DNA of 41,138 nt from Dysgonamonadaceae bacterium (GCA_035271465.1 DATERO010000280.1:1-41138), one strand, 5' to 3'. Counted from the stretch's first letter, positions 18,310-27,923 are shown. Notes: generated from the letters alone by a model not told the origin. A program made the numbers and translations.

Positions 18310-19524
18310 ATGAAGATATTGGTATTGAACTGTGGAAGTTCATCGATAAAATATAAAGTGTTTAACATGGATTCGCATGAAGTGTTAGCACAAGGAGGAG
18401 TTGAGAAAATTGGTTTAACAGGCTCATTTCTGAAGTTAACCTTACCAGGAGGACAAAAAGTTATGTTGGAAGGAGAAATTCTGGAACATAGAGCTGGAAT
18501 AGAATACATTTTGGGTGTATTGATAAGTAAAAAATATGGATGTATAGAATCGTTAGATGAAATTGGCGCTGTTGGACATCGTGTTGTACACGGTGGAGAG
18601 AAGTTTAATGAAAGCGTTCTCATAAACGAAGAAGTAATTGATATGATTGAAGAATGTATTGATCTTGCTCCTCTACATAACCCACCCAACTTAAAAGGAA
18701 TATATGCAATACTTGAATTTATGCCTGGCACTCCCCAGGTGGCGGTATTTGACACAGCATTTCATCAAACCCTGCCGGACTATGCATACTTCTACCCGCT
18801 ACCGTATTCGCTTTACGAGAAATATAATATTCGTCGTTATGGATTTCATGGAACAAGTCACAGATATGTTTCAAAACGTGTATGTGAGTTCCTTAATGTC
18901 CCATACGAGTCTCAGCGAATTATCACAGCCCATGTCGGAAATGGCGTTTCCACAACTGCCATAAAAAATGCTAAATCTATTGATACAAGTATGGGAATGA
19001 ATCCAATTGAGGGATTGATGATGGGCACACGTACTGGAGATATTGACCCCGGTGTAATTACCTATGTAATGGAAAAAGAGCATTTAGGAATACAAGGCGT
19101 TTCAACATTACTAAATAAATTTTCAGGAGTACTGGGCATCTCAGGCATCTCATCAGACATGAGAGAAATTGAAGATGCGGTAAATAAAGGCAATGAAAGA
19201 GCCAAATTGGCATTAAACATGTATAATTATCGAATCAAAAAGTACATTGGTTCATACGCTGCTGTACTTGGCGGTTTGGACATACTTGTATTTACTGGTG
19301 GAGTTGGAGAGAATATGAGCTTGATGCGAAAGGAGGTTTGCGAAAACATGGAGTATATGGGTATCGAGCTAGATGATGCACTAAATGAATCTACAAGATC
19401 AAAAGAAGCAGTTATAAGCAAACCAACGTCAAAAGTAAAAGTTGTAGTGATCCCTACCGATGAGGAACTTACCATAGCTCAAGATGCAAATAAGATATTA
19501 GAGCAATTAACCACAATAGATTAA
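18310..19524 (+). CDS. ackA: Acetate kinase
   Basis: MKILVLNCGSSSIKY N-terminus, GHRVVHGG, and FTGGVGEN. Confidence 0.95.
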   Translation: MKILVLNCGSSSIKYKVFNMDSHEVLAQGGVEKIGLTGSFLKLTLPGGQKVMLEGEILEHRAGIEYILGVLISKKYGCIESLDEIGAVGHRVVHGGEKFNESVLINEEVIDMIEECIDLAPLHNPPNLKGIYAILEFMPGTPQVAVFDTAFHQTLPDYAYFYPLPYSLYEKYNIRRYGFHGTSHRYVSKRVCEFLNVPYESQRIITAHVGNGVSTTAIKNAKSIDTSMGMNPIEGLMMGTRTGDIDPGVITYVMEKEHLGIQGVSTLLNKFSGVLGISGISSDMREIEDAVNKGNERAKLALNMYNYRIKKYIGSYAAVLGGLDILVFTGGVGENMSLMRKEVCENMEYMGIELDDALNESTRSKEAVISKPTSKVKVVVIPTDEELTIAQDANKILEQLTTID

Positions 19525-19549
19525 ACTCATTAAATCAATTTATATGATA

Positions 19550-19585
19550 CAAAGAAAGGGCATTTTAGCCCTTTCTTTGTTTATT
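19550..19585 (+). terminator. Rho-independent terminator after ackA
   Basis: caaagaaagggc-atttta-gccctttctttg followed by tttatt. Confidence 0.75.
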
Positions 19586-19968
19586 CATACAATGCATATT
19601 AGACAAACATATCACTCAATATTTTCATACTATACCTCACGCCGATTTATTCTAAATTGATTTTTAGCTCTTTAAACGAATAGCAAAAGGTGCAAAATAT
19701 TTACTTTTATCTATTAAGTGTGCCGCCATGTGTTATTCTCTTCCAATACATGAATACAGTCTTGTATTTAAGCACAAAAAGCAATGTAAGTATAGGAGAA
19801 ATCATTTATAAGAGACAATTTTCTTTTAACATGTTCCAACATTAACATTTGTAAGCTCCACAAACATAAAGACCGATTTCTCAATAAACACATTGCAAAG
19901 CAGATGTAAATAAGCAGCACTACCAATTTATCTAGACACGTCGTGGTAGGAGAACGATAAAGAACAAC

Positions 19969-20008
19969 AAAAAAAAACCACCAAAGGAGTATAATACTTG
20001 CGTGGTCT
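19969..20008 (-). terminator. Rho-independent terminator of the GT4/GH130 operon
   Basis: The minus strand has a GACCAC...GUGGU hairpin (with inner AGUAU/AUACU pairing) followed by a run of nine U. Confidence 0.6.
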
Positions 20009-20060
20009 TTTTGCTAACAAAGAAACAATGATTGTATCTGAATTATAATTCAGACATCCA

Positions 20061-21539
20061 TTATTCTATTGATTCAAGCTTCATTTTATCTATCAGTCTA
20101 TTAACATCAACGATTGCAATTCGTGATGCAACATCAGACATTGCATAAGGTAAAATTAATTTATCATTCACAATCATGCTACCACACGAGTAAATCACAT
20201 TCGGAACATACCCTTCGCGCTCTTCTTCGTTAGCAGTCAACAAAGGCTCTTCTAATCGTGCAATAATTTTGGTTGGATCATCTAAATCTAATAAGATTAC
20301 TCCAATAGAGTATTGTCTCATATAGCTTACACCATGGGTAACCACTAACCAGCCTTTTTCTGTTTCAATGGGAGAACCACAATTCCCAATTTGGACAAAC
20401 TCCCATGGTTCTTTAGGCACCTGTAGAAGAGTGGCTTCTTTCCAAAAGTTCAAATTATCGGAAAACATGATATAATTGTTCTCTCCGTCTTGTCGAGACA
20501 ACATAGCATACTTTCCGTTTATTTTGCGTGGAAAAAGTGCCATACCTTTGTTCTTAACGCCTTCTCCATTAAGGGTGCTCATGTTGAAAGTTTGGAAATC
20601 CTTTGTTTCAATCAATTGAGACAAAATCCGTCTGCCATTATAAGCAGTATAAGTGGCATAGTATGTTGTATCGCCATTGTCATGTGTAAACTCTACAAAG
20701 CGTGCATCTTCAATTCCCTTGCTCTCATTAGCAGATACAGGAAATATAACACGTTCTGATATAGCTGTATCATCTTCAAATCTAATTTTATAATTAGAGT
20801 CGGCCAACCAATGAATTGTTGTAGTAGTCCAACTATCAGGAGCAAAGCTTTCATCTAAAAAAATATCCCTAATACTATCTTTAAGTTCTTCATGAGTAAA
20901 GAAAGTAGGTAGTTTGCTTAATACCCTTCTGCTAGTTTCATTCCAAGCTTTCAAATCTTTTAATTTCAACTGAAATAGGTTATTATCATAAAAAGGGTCA
21001 TGAACCATTAATGGGGTTTCTACATACTCAGAAACGCTATCAAAGTTAAGAGACAAGTCTTTACTCAATATTCCACTTCTAAAAACAATTGATGAAACAT
21101 GACCTTCGCCCGTTGCTCTCAAGCTCATTATAAATCGTATACTACCTTCAGGAAGGAAACTTTGATCGGGATGTAACACAATGGAAGGATTGAAGAGTGC
21201 AGCTGACTCAATTGAATATTCCATTGTGAAGTAAGCACCAATAAGCAATTTCTGCATATCACTTATTGTCTCTTTTTTGACAACGTATTCAGAAATTCTA
21301 TCATAATGCCTCATCAAAAGCTGTTCGAGGTTCCTATGTCTATCCTCAAAAAGAAGATATGTTTCTTCTAGTTCTTTTTGAGTTTCCTCTTTTGAAAGTT
21401 TAAGTACACGTTTAATGATGTTGTTGATACGAGGTATCTTGCTTGGAACATGCGGCAATGTGATAACTCTAGAATTATCTCCAACTATTTTAATTTTTTT
21501 TCTTTTGACAAGTTGCGTCCTATTTATTGCTTGCTTCAT
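20061..21539 (-). CDS. GH130-family beta-propeller glycosidase/phosphorylase-like protein with an N-terminal extension of about 250 aa of unknown function
   Basis: The C-terminal half has GH130 (DUF377) motifs: IEDARFV, NKGMALFPRKINGKYAMLSRQD, GWLVVTHGV. No signal peptide. Confidence 0.75.
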   Translation of the reverse strand: MKQAINRTQLVKRKKIKIVGDNSRVITLPHVPSKIPRINNIIKRVLKLSKEETQKELEETYLLFEDRHRNLEQLLMRHYDRISEYVVKKETISDMQKLLIGAYFTMEYSIESAALFNPSIVLHPDQSFLPEGSIRFIMSLRATGEGHVSSIVFRSGILSKDLSLNFDSVSEYVETPLMVHDPFYDNNLFQLKLKDLKAWNETSRRVLSKLPTFFTHEELKDSIRDIFLDESFAPDSWTTTTIHWLADSNYKIRFEDDTAISERVIFPVSANESKGIEDARFVEFTHDNGDTTYYATYTAYNGRRILSQLIETKDFQTFNMSTLNGEGVKNKGMALFPRKINGKYAMLSRQDGENNYIMFSDNLNFWKEATLLQVPKEPWEFVQIGNCGSPIETEKGWLVVTHGVSYMRQYSIGVILLDLDDPTKIIARLEEPLLTANEEEREGYVPNVIYSCGSMIVNDKLILPYAMSDVASRIAIVDVNRLIDKMKLESIE

Positions 21540-21558
21540 AAATATTTTGTTTTTAATT

Positions 21559-22569
21559 TCAAACTTCTAAAACTTGTTTATATACATTGTAGTAGCTATC
21601 CACCATCTTTTCGAGACTGAAATTTGATAAAGCCCATTCATTACAATATTTTCGATTGATTGAATTTATATCATCTACCGCGTTTACTGCTTCTTCAACA
21701 GAGTTCACAAGGTATCCTGTTTGCTTGTCCTTAATCAATTCAGGCATCGACCCTCTTTTAAAAGCTATTACGGGTGTTCCACAAAGCATAGCTTCGGCAA
21801 CACTCAAGCCAAAAGGCTCGTCGAAGCTTATTGGGTGCAACAAAGCTGAAGCTTCTCCCAGTAACTTATCTCTTTCGATTGGACCTGAATTTCCAACATA
21901 AATTATATCCTCATTATTTATAAAGGGCTTAACTTTCTCCTCAAAATAAGCATCATCTTGAATGAGACCTGAAATTATTAATCTTCTGTTTGACTTTTTT
22001 GCTATTTGAATTGATTCATAAGTTCCTTTCTCAGGATGTATTCTTCCAAAGAACAATAAATAGTCATTGGGATTATTATTGAAAGTGAAATCTTTAGGAT
22101 CAATTCCATTATAAACCGTGGCTATGTAATCTAATTCAGGACTTCTGTCGGAGTCGCTGATAGATACATAGTGATTGTTATTATTGTATTTTTTATAAAC
22201 AGGGATTATTTGTTGTGATGAGAATCCATGGATTGTTGTAATCATGGGAGTCTTGATCAAACGACTGTATGTAAGTGGAAGAAAGTCGAAGTTGTTGTGA
22301 ATAATATCAAACTCCGATGCTCTTTCCATCACATTGCTAATGTGTAAACACTCCCATACTTTTGGGTCAATAGAGTTATCTTCTGCATAAGCAGTTTTAG
22401 ATATATATTCCAATTTACCAGAGGTTTGTGAATTACCCGTAGCAAATAGTGTAACATCCACTCCTTTTTTCACCATGCCTTCGGCAATATTGGATGCTAC
22501 TTGTTCCCATGGACCATATTTCAACGGTGGCGTTCGCCACGCTATGGGTGCTAATAATGCAATTTTCAT
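21559..22569 (-). CDS. Glycosyltransferase family 4 (GT-B, group 1)
   Basis: N-terminal MKIALLAP...PPLKYGPWE, and C-terminal E-x7-E region PISFDEPFGLSVAEAMLCGTPVIA. Confidence 0.85.
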   Translation of the reverse strand: MKIALLAPIAWRTPPLKYGPWEQVASNIAEGMVKKGVDVTLFATGNSQTSGKLEYISKTAYAEDNSIDPKVWECLHISNVMERASEFDIIHNNFDFLPLTYSRLIKTPMITTIHGFSSQQIIPVYKKYNNNNHYVSISDSDRSPELDYIATVYNGIDPKDFTFNNNPNDYLLFFGRIHPEKGTYESIQIAKKSNRRLIISGLIQDDAYFEEKVKPFINNEDIIYVGNSGPIERDKLLGEASALLHPISFDEPFGLSVAEAMLCGTPVIAFKRGSMPELIKDKQTGYLVNSVEEAVNAVDDINSINRKYCNEWALSNFSLEKMVDSYYNVYKQVLEV

Positions 22570-22736
22570 TTATTGATTTAGTTTATTTAAATAAACACAC
22601 TAGTTTACGCACTATAATTTTTGTGTTGTTACGTTCACGAAAGGGTGTGATTATGACAGATACTTATCGCAAAGTTGCAACAGTTAATGTATTTATGAAA
22701 AGCGTAAGATAATAATTATTAGTAATAGGTTGTACT

Positions 22737-23663
22737 TTACAATGCGCTTCTACTGTTTTTGAAGCAATGATCTACAAGCTCTTCAATATTGGCCGTTCCA
22801 ACACACATTACCGTATCTGCACCACCCCAATATATTTTGACGCTTCCGTCAGGTTCAGGAATTGCACCACATGTGAATACAACATTGGGGACATATCCAG
22901 TAATTTCATAAGTTTCTTCCGGCTGCAGAATCCACTCATCACCCACAGCAATTATTTTTGCTGGATTTTTCAAGTCATGCAATGCAACTCCCAATCTATA
23001 TACACTCCCTGCCATAGTAGGGAACACACCATGATAGATGTTTAACCATCCTCGTGGGGTTTTGATAGGTGTTGCTCCTGGGCCGATCTTCATTTCATCC
23101 CAATGATATTGAACGGGTCTCATTATTAACTCCGAATCTCCCCAGTATCTCAAATCGGGCGAATAAGAAATCCAAATTGCCCAAGGAGATATTTCAGAGT
23201 GAGGACGATCTAAGCGTGCGTACAATCCATTGAATTTTTCAGGAAATATTACAACATTTCGATAATCAGCTTCTGTGATTAAAGAGAATCTTTCCACAGA
23301 TTTAAAATCTTTTGTTTTTGCCAGCCCAATTCTCACACCGTGTTGAGAATATGCACTATATGTAATTAAGTATTCGCCATCAATGTATGAAATTCTGGGG
23401 TCCTCTACACCAAAAGCTTCGTATTCTTTGAATACTCCTTCAGTTGCTGGTATAATAAATGGCTCTTTATCAACCTCAAAGTTATACCCATTTTTGCTTA
23501 CAGCTTTTCCAATAATACTTCGTCCATTAAGGTTGTGGGATCTAAACAACATGATGTAATCATCATTATGTTTGACCATCCCTGCATTATGTACCGTTGA
23601 TACAGAATAGGGTATGTCTTTTTTTGTTAGTATGGGATTACCTGAATATCGTTTTATTATCAT
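22737..23663 (-). CDS. GH130-family glycoside phosphorylase/hydrolase (single domain)
   Basis: NPILT start, GVEDPRI, YRNVVIFPEKFNGLYARLDRP, and GWLNIYHGV. No signal peptide. Its start overlaps the end of the upstream GT4 gene by 26 nt. Confidence 0.85.
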   Translation of the reverse strand: MIIKRYSGNPILTKKDIPYSVSTVHNAGMVKHNDDYIMLFRSHNLNGRSIIGKAVSKNGYNFEVDKEPFIIPATEGVFKEYEAFGVEDPRISYIDGEYLITYSAYSQHGVRIGLAKTKDFKSVERFSLITEADYRNVVIFPEKFNGLYARLDRPHSEISPWAIWISYSPDLRYWGDSELIMRPVQYHWDEMKIGPGATPIKTPRGWLNIYHGVFPTMAGSVYRLGVALHDLKNPAKIIAVGDEWILQPEETYEITGYVPNVVFTCGAIPEPDGSVKIYWGGADTVMCVGTANIEELVDHCFKNSRSAL

Positions 23664-25920
23664 TGCTTTCTTGTTTAGTTATTCTTTTATCTTTACGGTA
23701 ATAGTCTTCGTGAGCTTTTAATACGTTCAGGTATGAAACTAAATATGCAATAGTGCTTTCTGCACCTTGGTTCTGATTTACACCATAGCTTTCTATTCCG
23801 TCACAACACCCCTGAGTGTCATGATTGTAAAGGCTTATTCTTAAATCATTTTCACCTAAGAACCATCTAAATGATTTAAACAACTTGGTTAAATATGATT
23901 TGTCTCCGGTTAGATTGTATGCTTGTCTAAACATTAACACCATCCCCATTGCATCCACTGGTTGTTGAGCAAAAACTGATCGTTCACCATCTTTCACAAA
24001 CCACTCTTCATTACCAATTATGGAGAGATATCCATTTTTCATAGTATGATCAACTAGAAAGTTCATTGATTCAAAAGCAACTTTTTTAATTTTCTCCTCG
24101 TTTAATATGCTCGCAGCATGAAGCATTGCTAGTGGAAGAATGGCGTTATCGTATGCTAGCAGAGCTTCGTACCAATGCCAGCCGTCATGATTATTAATAT
24201 TGTAATGATCAATTAGTTTGTATGCAAGGTTTCTAAGCTTCTCAATGATTGCATCGTCAGACATATTACTTCTTAAATAGTAGCTAATGCCTATCATTGT
24301 GTTTGCAATACTCCTAATTGACTTCAAGTTATCAAAGTGAGGTTTAGCTTTATCAAATATCAAATGACCAATCTGACAGTAAGAATTGTTAGGTGGATAA
24401 TTGAGCAAATATCCTACAGCCCATATTGTTCTTCCAAAAGAATCCTCAGAACCGACCTCATCCAAATATTCGCGGCTAAAGCTCAGGAAATTTCTGAAGT
24501 TGCCATCTTCGTTTTGCATATAATGGATGTAGCTTAAATAAACAGGGATAAGTTTGAGCGAAGAATTGTCTTTTTTTATTCTGTATGACATCAATGCTAA
24601 AAGCAAAGCTCGCGAATTGTCACACAAACAATAACCTTCTTTGAGATTGGGGATGCCAAATATAGCATGTTGAATAATGCCAGTATCATCGGTGAGTCTT
24701 CTTATCTGTTTCATTGAAAATTCAGGTAAAAGAGAAATGTCGAATGGAGCATCTTCTTTCTTTTCAATTTTAATTTTCTCGTCAACCACATCCTGAACGG
24801 TTTCGTTGTATAAACCACCAATTTTTGGCCATGTGATTTTTAATCCGTGTTCACGGGCTTTTCTCCTTATTTCTAACCTTTTTTCGGGTTGATCCAGCAA
24901 ATCAATTAAAACATCAGATAGCTGGTCAATTTTTCCAAAATCGAAAAGAACCCCTCTTCCATCGCTCAACAATTCTGTAGCATGCCAATAAGGTGTGGAT
25001 ACAACTGCTGAGCCAACCCCCACAGCATAAGATAGTGTGCCGCTCGTTATTTGAGCCTCATTCAAATATGGTGTTATATAAATGTCAGAAGCATATAAGT
25101 ATTTAAAAAGCTCTTTTTGAGTCGAAAACTCGTTGAGCAAGACTACATTTTTCTCTAATTTTAAATCTTCAATCAACTGTATCAATGATAAACGATATTC
25201 TTCTCCAGCATGCTTAAGTACATTGGGGTGAGTTTTACCTAACACAATATACATAACCTCAGGATGTTTTTCAACAACTTTGGGTAATGCTTTTATTGCA
25301 GTTTCAATTCCTTTGTTTCGACCTACAAAGCCAAAGGTTAGAAGAACTTTTCTGTTTTCTAATTTAAATTCCGTCTTAACTTTCTCCTGAACATATTGTA
25401 TATCTGGTACACCATGCTCAATATAAGCTATTTTATTGCGAGGTATTTCATATATATCAACCAACATCTCAATTGCTTTACGGCTCATCACTACAACGCG
25501 ATTAGCCATACGGCATATTGTTTGTAATACTTCCTTCTGGTTGTTTGAAGGAGTTTGAATTACAGTATGCAGTGTTACTATCAATGGTATCTCTAGTTCA
25601 TGCAACAGGGGTAGGATATAAACTCCATCTTGACCACCAAAAATACCGAATTCATGTTGCAAAATACAACAATCAGCTCCACTTGCATTTATATATTTTG
25701 CGGCAGCAAGATAATCTTCTTGAAGTTCTTGTCTTATAGTCAGCTTTACTTCTTCTGGGTAGGTTAACTTCTCATTTGGATCATCCATTGCAACGACAAA
25801 GCTATTCCTGTTGTCTGGATCATCTTTTTTTGATGCATTCATCGACTCAAATAGATTTTGCGTAAATGTTCCTATTCCGCATTGACGTGGTGGATAAGTT
25901 GCTATGTAGGCATTTTTCAT
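23638..25920 (-). CDS. GT4 glycosyltransferase fused to a C-terminal helical domain of about 365 aa with unknown function
   Basis: The N-terminal 390 aa or so has a GT4 pattern (YPPRQCGIGTF, ITPYLNEAQITSGTLSYAVGVGSAVVSTP). The remainder is rich in aromatic and helical repeats, suggestive of an (alpha/alpha) barrel. No signal peptide. Confidence 0.8.
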   Translation of the reverse strand: MKNAYIATYPPRQCGIGTFTQNLFESMNASKKDDPDNRNSFVVAMDDPNEKLTYPEEVKLTIRQELQEDYLAAAKYINASGADCCILQHEFGIFGGQDGVYILPLLHELEIPLIVTLHTVIQTPSNNQKEVLQTICRMANRVVVMSRKAIEMLVDIYEIPRNKIAYIEHGVPDIQYVQEKVKTEFKLENRKVLLTFGFVGRNKGIETAIKALPKVVEKHPEVMYIVLGKTHPNVLKHAGEEYRLSLIQLIEDLKLEKNVVLLNEFSTQKELFKYLYASDIYITPYLNEAQITSGTLSYAVGVGSAVVSTPYWHATELLSDGRGVLFDFGKIDQLSDVLIDLLDQPEKRLEIRRKAREHGLKITWPKIGGLYNETVQDVVDEKIKIEKKEDAPFDISLLPEFSMKQIRRLTDDTGIIQHAIFGIPNLKEGYCLCDNSRALLLALMSYRIKKDNSSLKLIPVYLSYIHYMQNEDGNFRNFLSFSREYLDEVGSEDSFGRTIWAVGYLLNYPPNNSYCQIGHLIFDKAKPHFDNLKSIRSIANTMIGISYYLRSNMSDDAIIEKLRNLAYKLIDHYNINNHDGWHWYEALLAYDNAILPLAMLHAASILNEEKIKKVAFESMNFLVDHTMKNGYLSIIGNEEWFVKDGERSVFAQQPVDAMGMVLMFRQAYNLTGDKSYLTKLFKSFRWFLGENDLRISLYNHDTQGCCDGIESYGVNQNQGAESTIAYLVSYLNVLKAHEDYYRKDKRITKQESNDNKTIFR

Positions 25921-25962
25921 ATTTTCTTTTTTTGATAATTAAATTGTGAGTATAATTTATGG

Positions 25963-26009
25963 ATAACATACGTTTTAAAACATGTCTCATGTTTTAAAAC
26001 GTATGTTAT
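25963..26009. promoter_or_regulatory. Perfect 22+22 bp inverted repeat with a 3-nt spacer, upstream of the GT4/GH130 operon
   Basis: ATAACATACGTTTTAAAACATG-tct-CATGTTTTAAAACGTATGTTAT lies 43 nt upstream of start codon 25920. Each arm contains the self-palindrome GTTTTAAAAC. Confidence 0.6.
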
Positions 26010-26330
26010 AGTGTTGTTTTCATGATTGAAAGGCTCTAATATCTAACAAAATATGATAATAAATAGTTTGTTAGATTGATGTAATATACAATAAATGATC
26101 GAGAAAAAGAAGTTTTTATGAGAATATGACAATTAGAGCACTCTTCACAATATCTGTATTTTATTTGTCATCATATCATCTTTGAGATGAAAGTAAGATT
26201 AATGCTATCTATTCTGCAAGAAATTTAAATAGTGTTTTGAATAACAAATTTATATTATAATAGTAACTCTAAAATTGTCGTAATGTGACGATTAAGATGT
26301 ATGTTCAATTTTATATTATCATCTTATAAT

Positions 26331-26375
26331 AGAAAAATCCGCAGTCATTGCTTATTATTAGCAACATCTGCGGAT
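26331..26375 (-). terminator. Rho-independent terminator after tnaA
   Basis: The minus strand reads AUCCGCAG...CUGCGGAU (with inner UUGCU/AGCAA pairing) followed by UUUUUCU. Confidence 0.7.
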
Positions 26376-26402
26376 CATATCCTATAAGGTAGTTATCTAA
26401 GA

Positions 26403-27851
26403 CTACAAACTATCTCCAAAATCTTCTTTAAACTTAGCAATCAACTTTTGAGGCCAGTCGCCAATTGGTTCTAAACCACCCATAAAGAAACGAAGCACAG
26501 GGGGTTCGTACACAAACTTCAATCCACCAATCAATTCACGATTTTCGTACAACCAGCACAAACGATCTTCCACATATTTAATTTGCGAAAGCGTAAACAC
26601 TCGTCGTGGAACAGCTAAACGAAGTAATTCCATATCGGCATATGTTTCATTACCATATTCATCCCTTTGATTCGAAACTGAGCCACGCTCCATACCACGC
26701 ACTCCTGAGATAAGGAATAAGGCAGCTGCTAATGCTCCAGCAGGATATTGCGATTGTGGTATATGAGCACATACTTGCATTGCATCAACATGAGCACCCA
26801 AAACACCTGCTGGTTTAATAACAGGAACTCCTTTTGCGTCTAAAGCATCAACAAGATATTTTATAAATGCAGGACTTTGACTTATCATAGTTTCATCCAA
26901 TGTTTCGTACAAACCAACAGCCATAGCTTCAACCTCACGAATGGACATACCACCGTAAGTCAAAAAGCCTTCATACAATGGAATGAATGCTTCCAGTTCT
27001 CTGAAGATTTCCATGCTATCAGTACAAATACCACCTCCACGAGAAGAGCTGAGCTTTCGAGCTGAGAAATAAACCAAATCAGCCAAACCTGTCATGGTAT
27101 GTATGATAGTTTTCATGTCGGAGTCTTTAAACTCTTCCTCACGTTGCAACACAAGGAATGCATTTTCACCTAACAAACTTGCGTCAAGCACAAGTCGGAT
27201 GTTATATTTATCCGCAAGAGCACGAACATCACGCAGATTTTGCACCGAAAATGGCTGTCCTCCTATTAAGTTCGTAGAAGCCTCCATGCGAATAAATGGA
27301 ATATTCTTCGGTCCATGATATTTTATAACCTCTTCGAGTTTCTCAATGTTCATGTTACCTTTGAAAGGATGGTCAGAATCTATAACATAGGCTTCGTCAT
27401 AAAGCAACTCAGCAATTTGTCCACCTTTATCGGTAATGTGCGCCATGGCAGTAGTAAAGTGATAGTTCATTGGAACAAGACTACCTTTGCGTACATAAGC
27501 AACCGAAATTATATTTTCAGCCGCACGTCCTTGATGTACTGGCAATAAATACTTTTTTCCAATTACATCTTGCACTGCTTTTTCCAATCGAACAAAACTT
27601 TGAGAACCAGCATAAGCATCATCGGCTTGCATCATGGCTGCCATCTGATTATCACTCATAGCATTAGTTCCTGAGTCGGTAAGCATATCAAGAAACACAT
27701 CATTGGTAGTCAATCTAAAAGTATTAAAACCACCTTCGTATAATGCCTCCAAACGACGCTCGATTGGTACTAAATGTAACTTTTGAACAATACGCACTTT
27801 GTGCAACTCTAATGGAATGTTTTCTCCATTATAAAATTTGATTTCCTGCAT
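26403..27851 (-). CDS. tnaA: Tryptophanase (beta-eliminating lyase family; tyrosine phenol-lyase not excluded)
   Basis: FLDMLTDSGTNAMSDNQ N-terminal motif, PLP-lysine context FSARKLSS, and a size and pattern typical of TnaA/TPL. Confidence 0.85.
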   Translation of the reverse strand: MQEIKFYNGENIPLELHKVRIVQKLHLVPIERRLEALYEGGFNTFRLTTNDVFLDMLTDSGTNAMSDNQMAAMMQADDAYAGSQSFVRLEKAVQDVIGKKYLLPVHQGRAAENIISVAYVRKGSLVPMNYHFTTAMAHITDKGGQIAELLYDEAYVIDSDHPFKGNMNIEKLEEVIKYHGPKNIPFIRMEASTNLIGGQPFSVQNLRDVRALADKYNIRLVLDASLLGENAFLVLQREEEFKDSDMKTIIHTMTGLADLVYFSARKLSSSRGGGICTDSMEIFRELEAFIPLYEGFLTYGGMSIREVEAMAVGLYETLDETMISQSPAFIKYLVDALDAKGVPVIKPAGVLGAHVDAMQVCAHIPQSQYPAGALAAALFLISGVRGMERGSVSNQRDEYGNETYADMELLRLAVPRRVFTLSQIKYVEDRLCWLYENRELIGGLKFVYEPPVLRFFMGGLEPIGDWPQKLIAKFKEDFGDSL

Positions 27852-27915
27852 TGTGATTACTAAATATAGTGAGTTATTTAAAAATGATTGCGTTATATAT
27901 TTACATCATTAGAAA

Positions 27916-27923
27916 CAAAGGTA
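27916..27923 (-). promoter_or_regulatory. Bacteroidota-type -7 promoter box for tnaA
   Basis: The minus strand reads TACCTTTG, about 65 nt upstream of the start codon at 27851. Confidence 0.35.

Noticed and set aside
16447-18755. Antisense ORFs inside pta, the HADH-like gene and ackA (16447-16833, 17265-17540, 18285-18755), and similar ones inside other strong genes (for example 1189-1488, 6720-7022, 33018-33314, 35924-36205)
   Set aside because: Each lies fully inside, and opposite or out of frame to, a gene with clear family motifs. Their composition is low-complexity with no motifs.
22494-22712. 72-aa plus-strand ORF spanning the GT4/GH130 intergenic gap
   Set aside because: It starts antisense inside the GT4 gene and has no motifs. 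The 167-bp gap shows no other signal.
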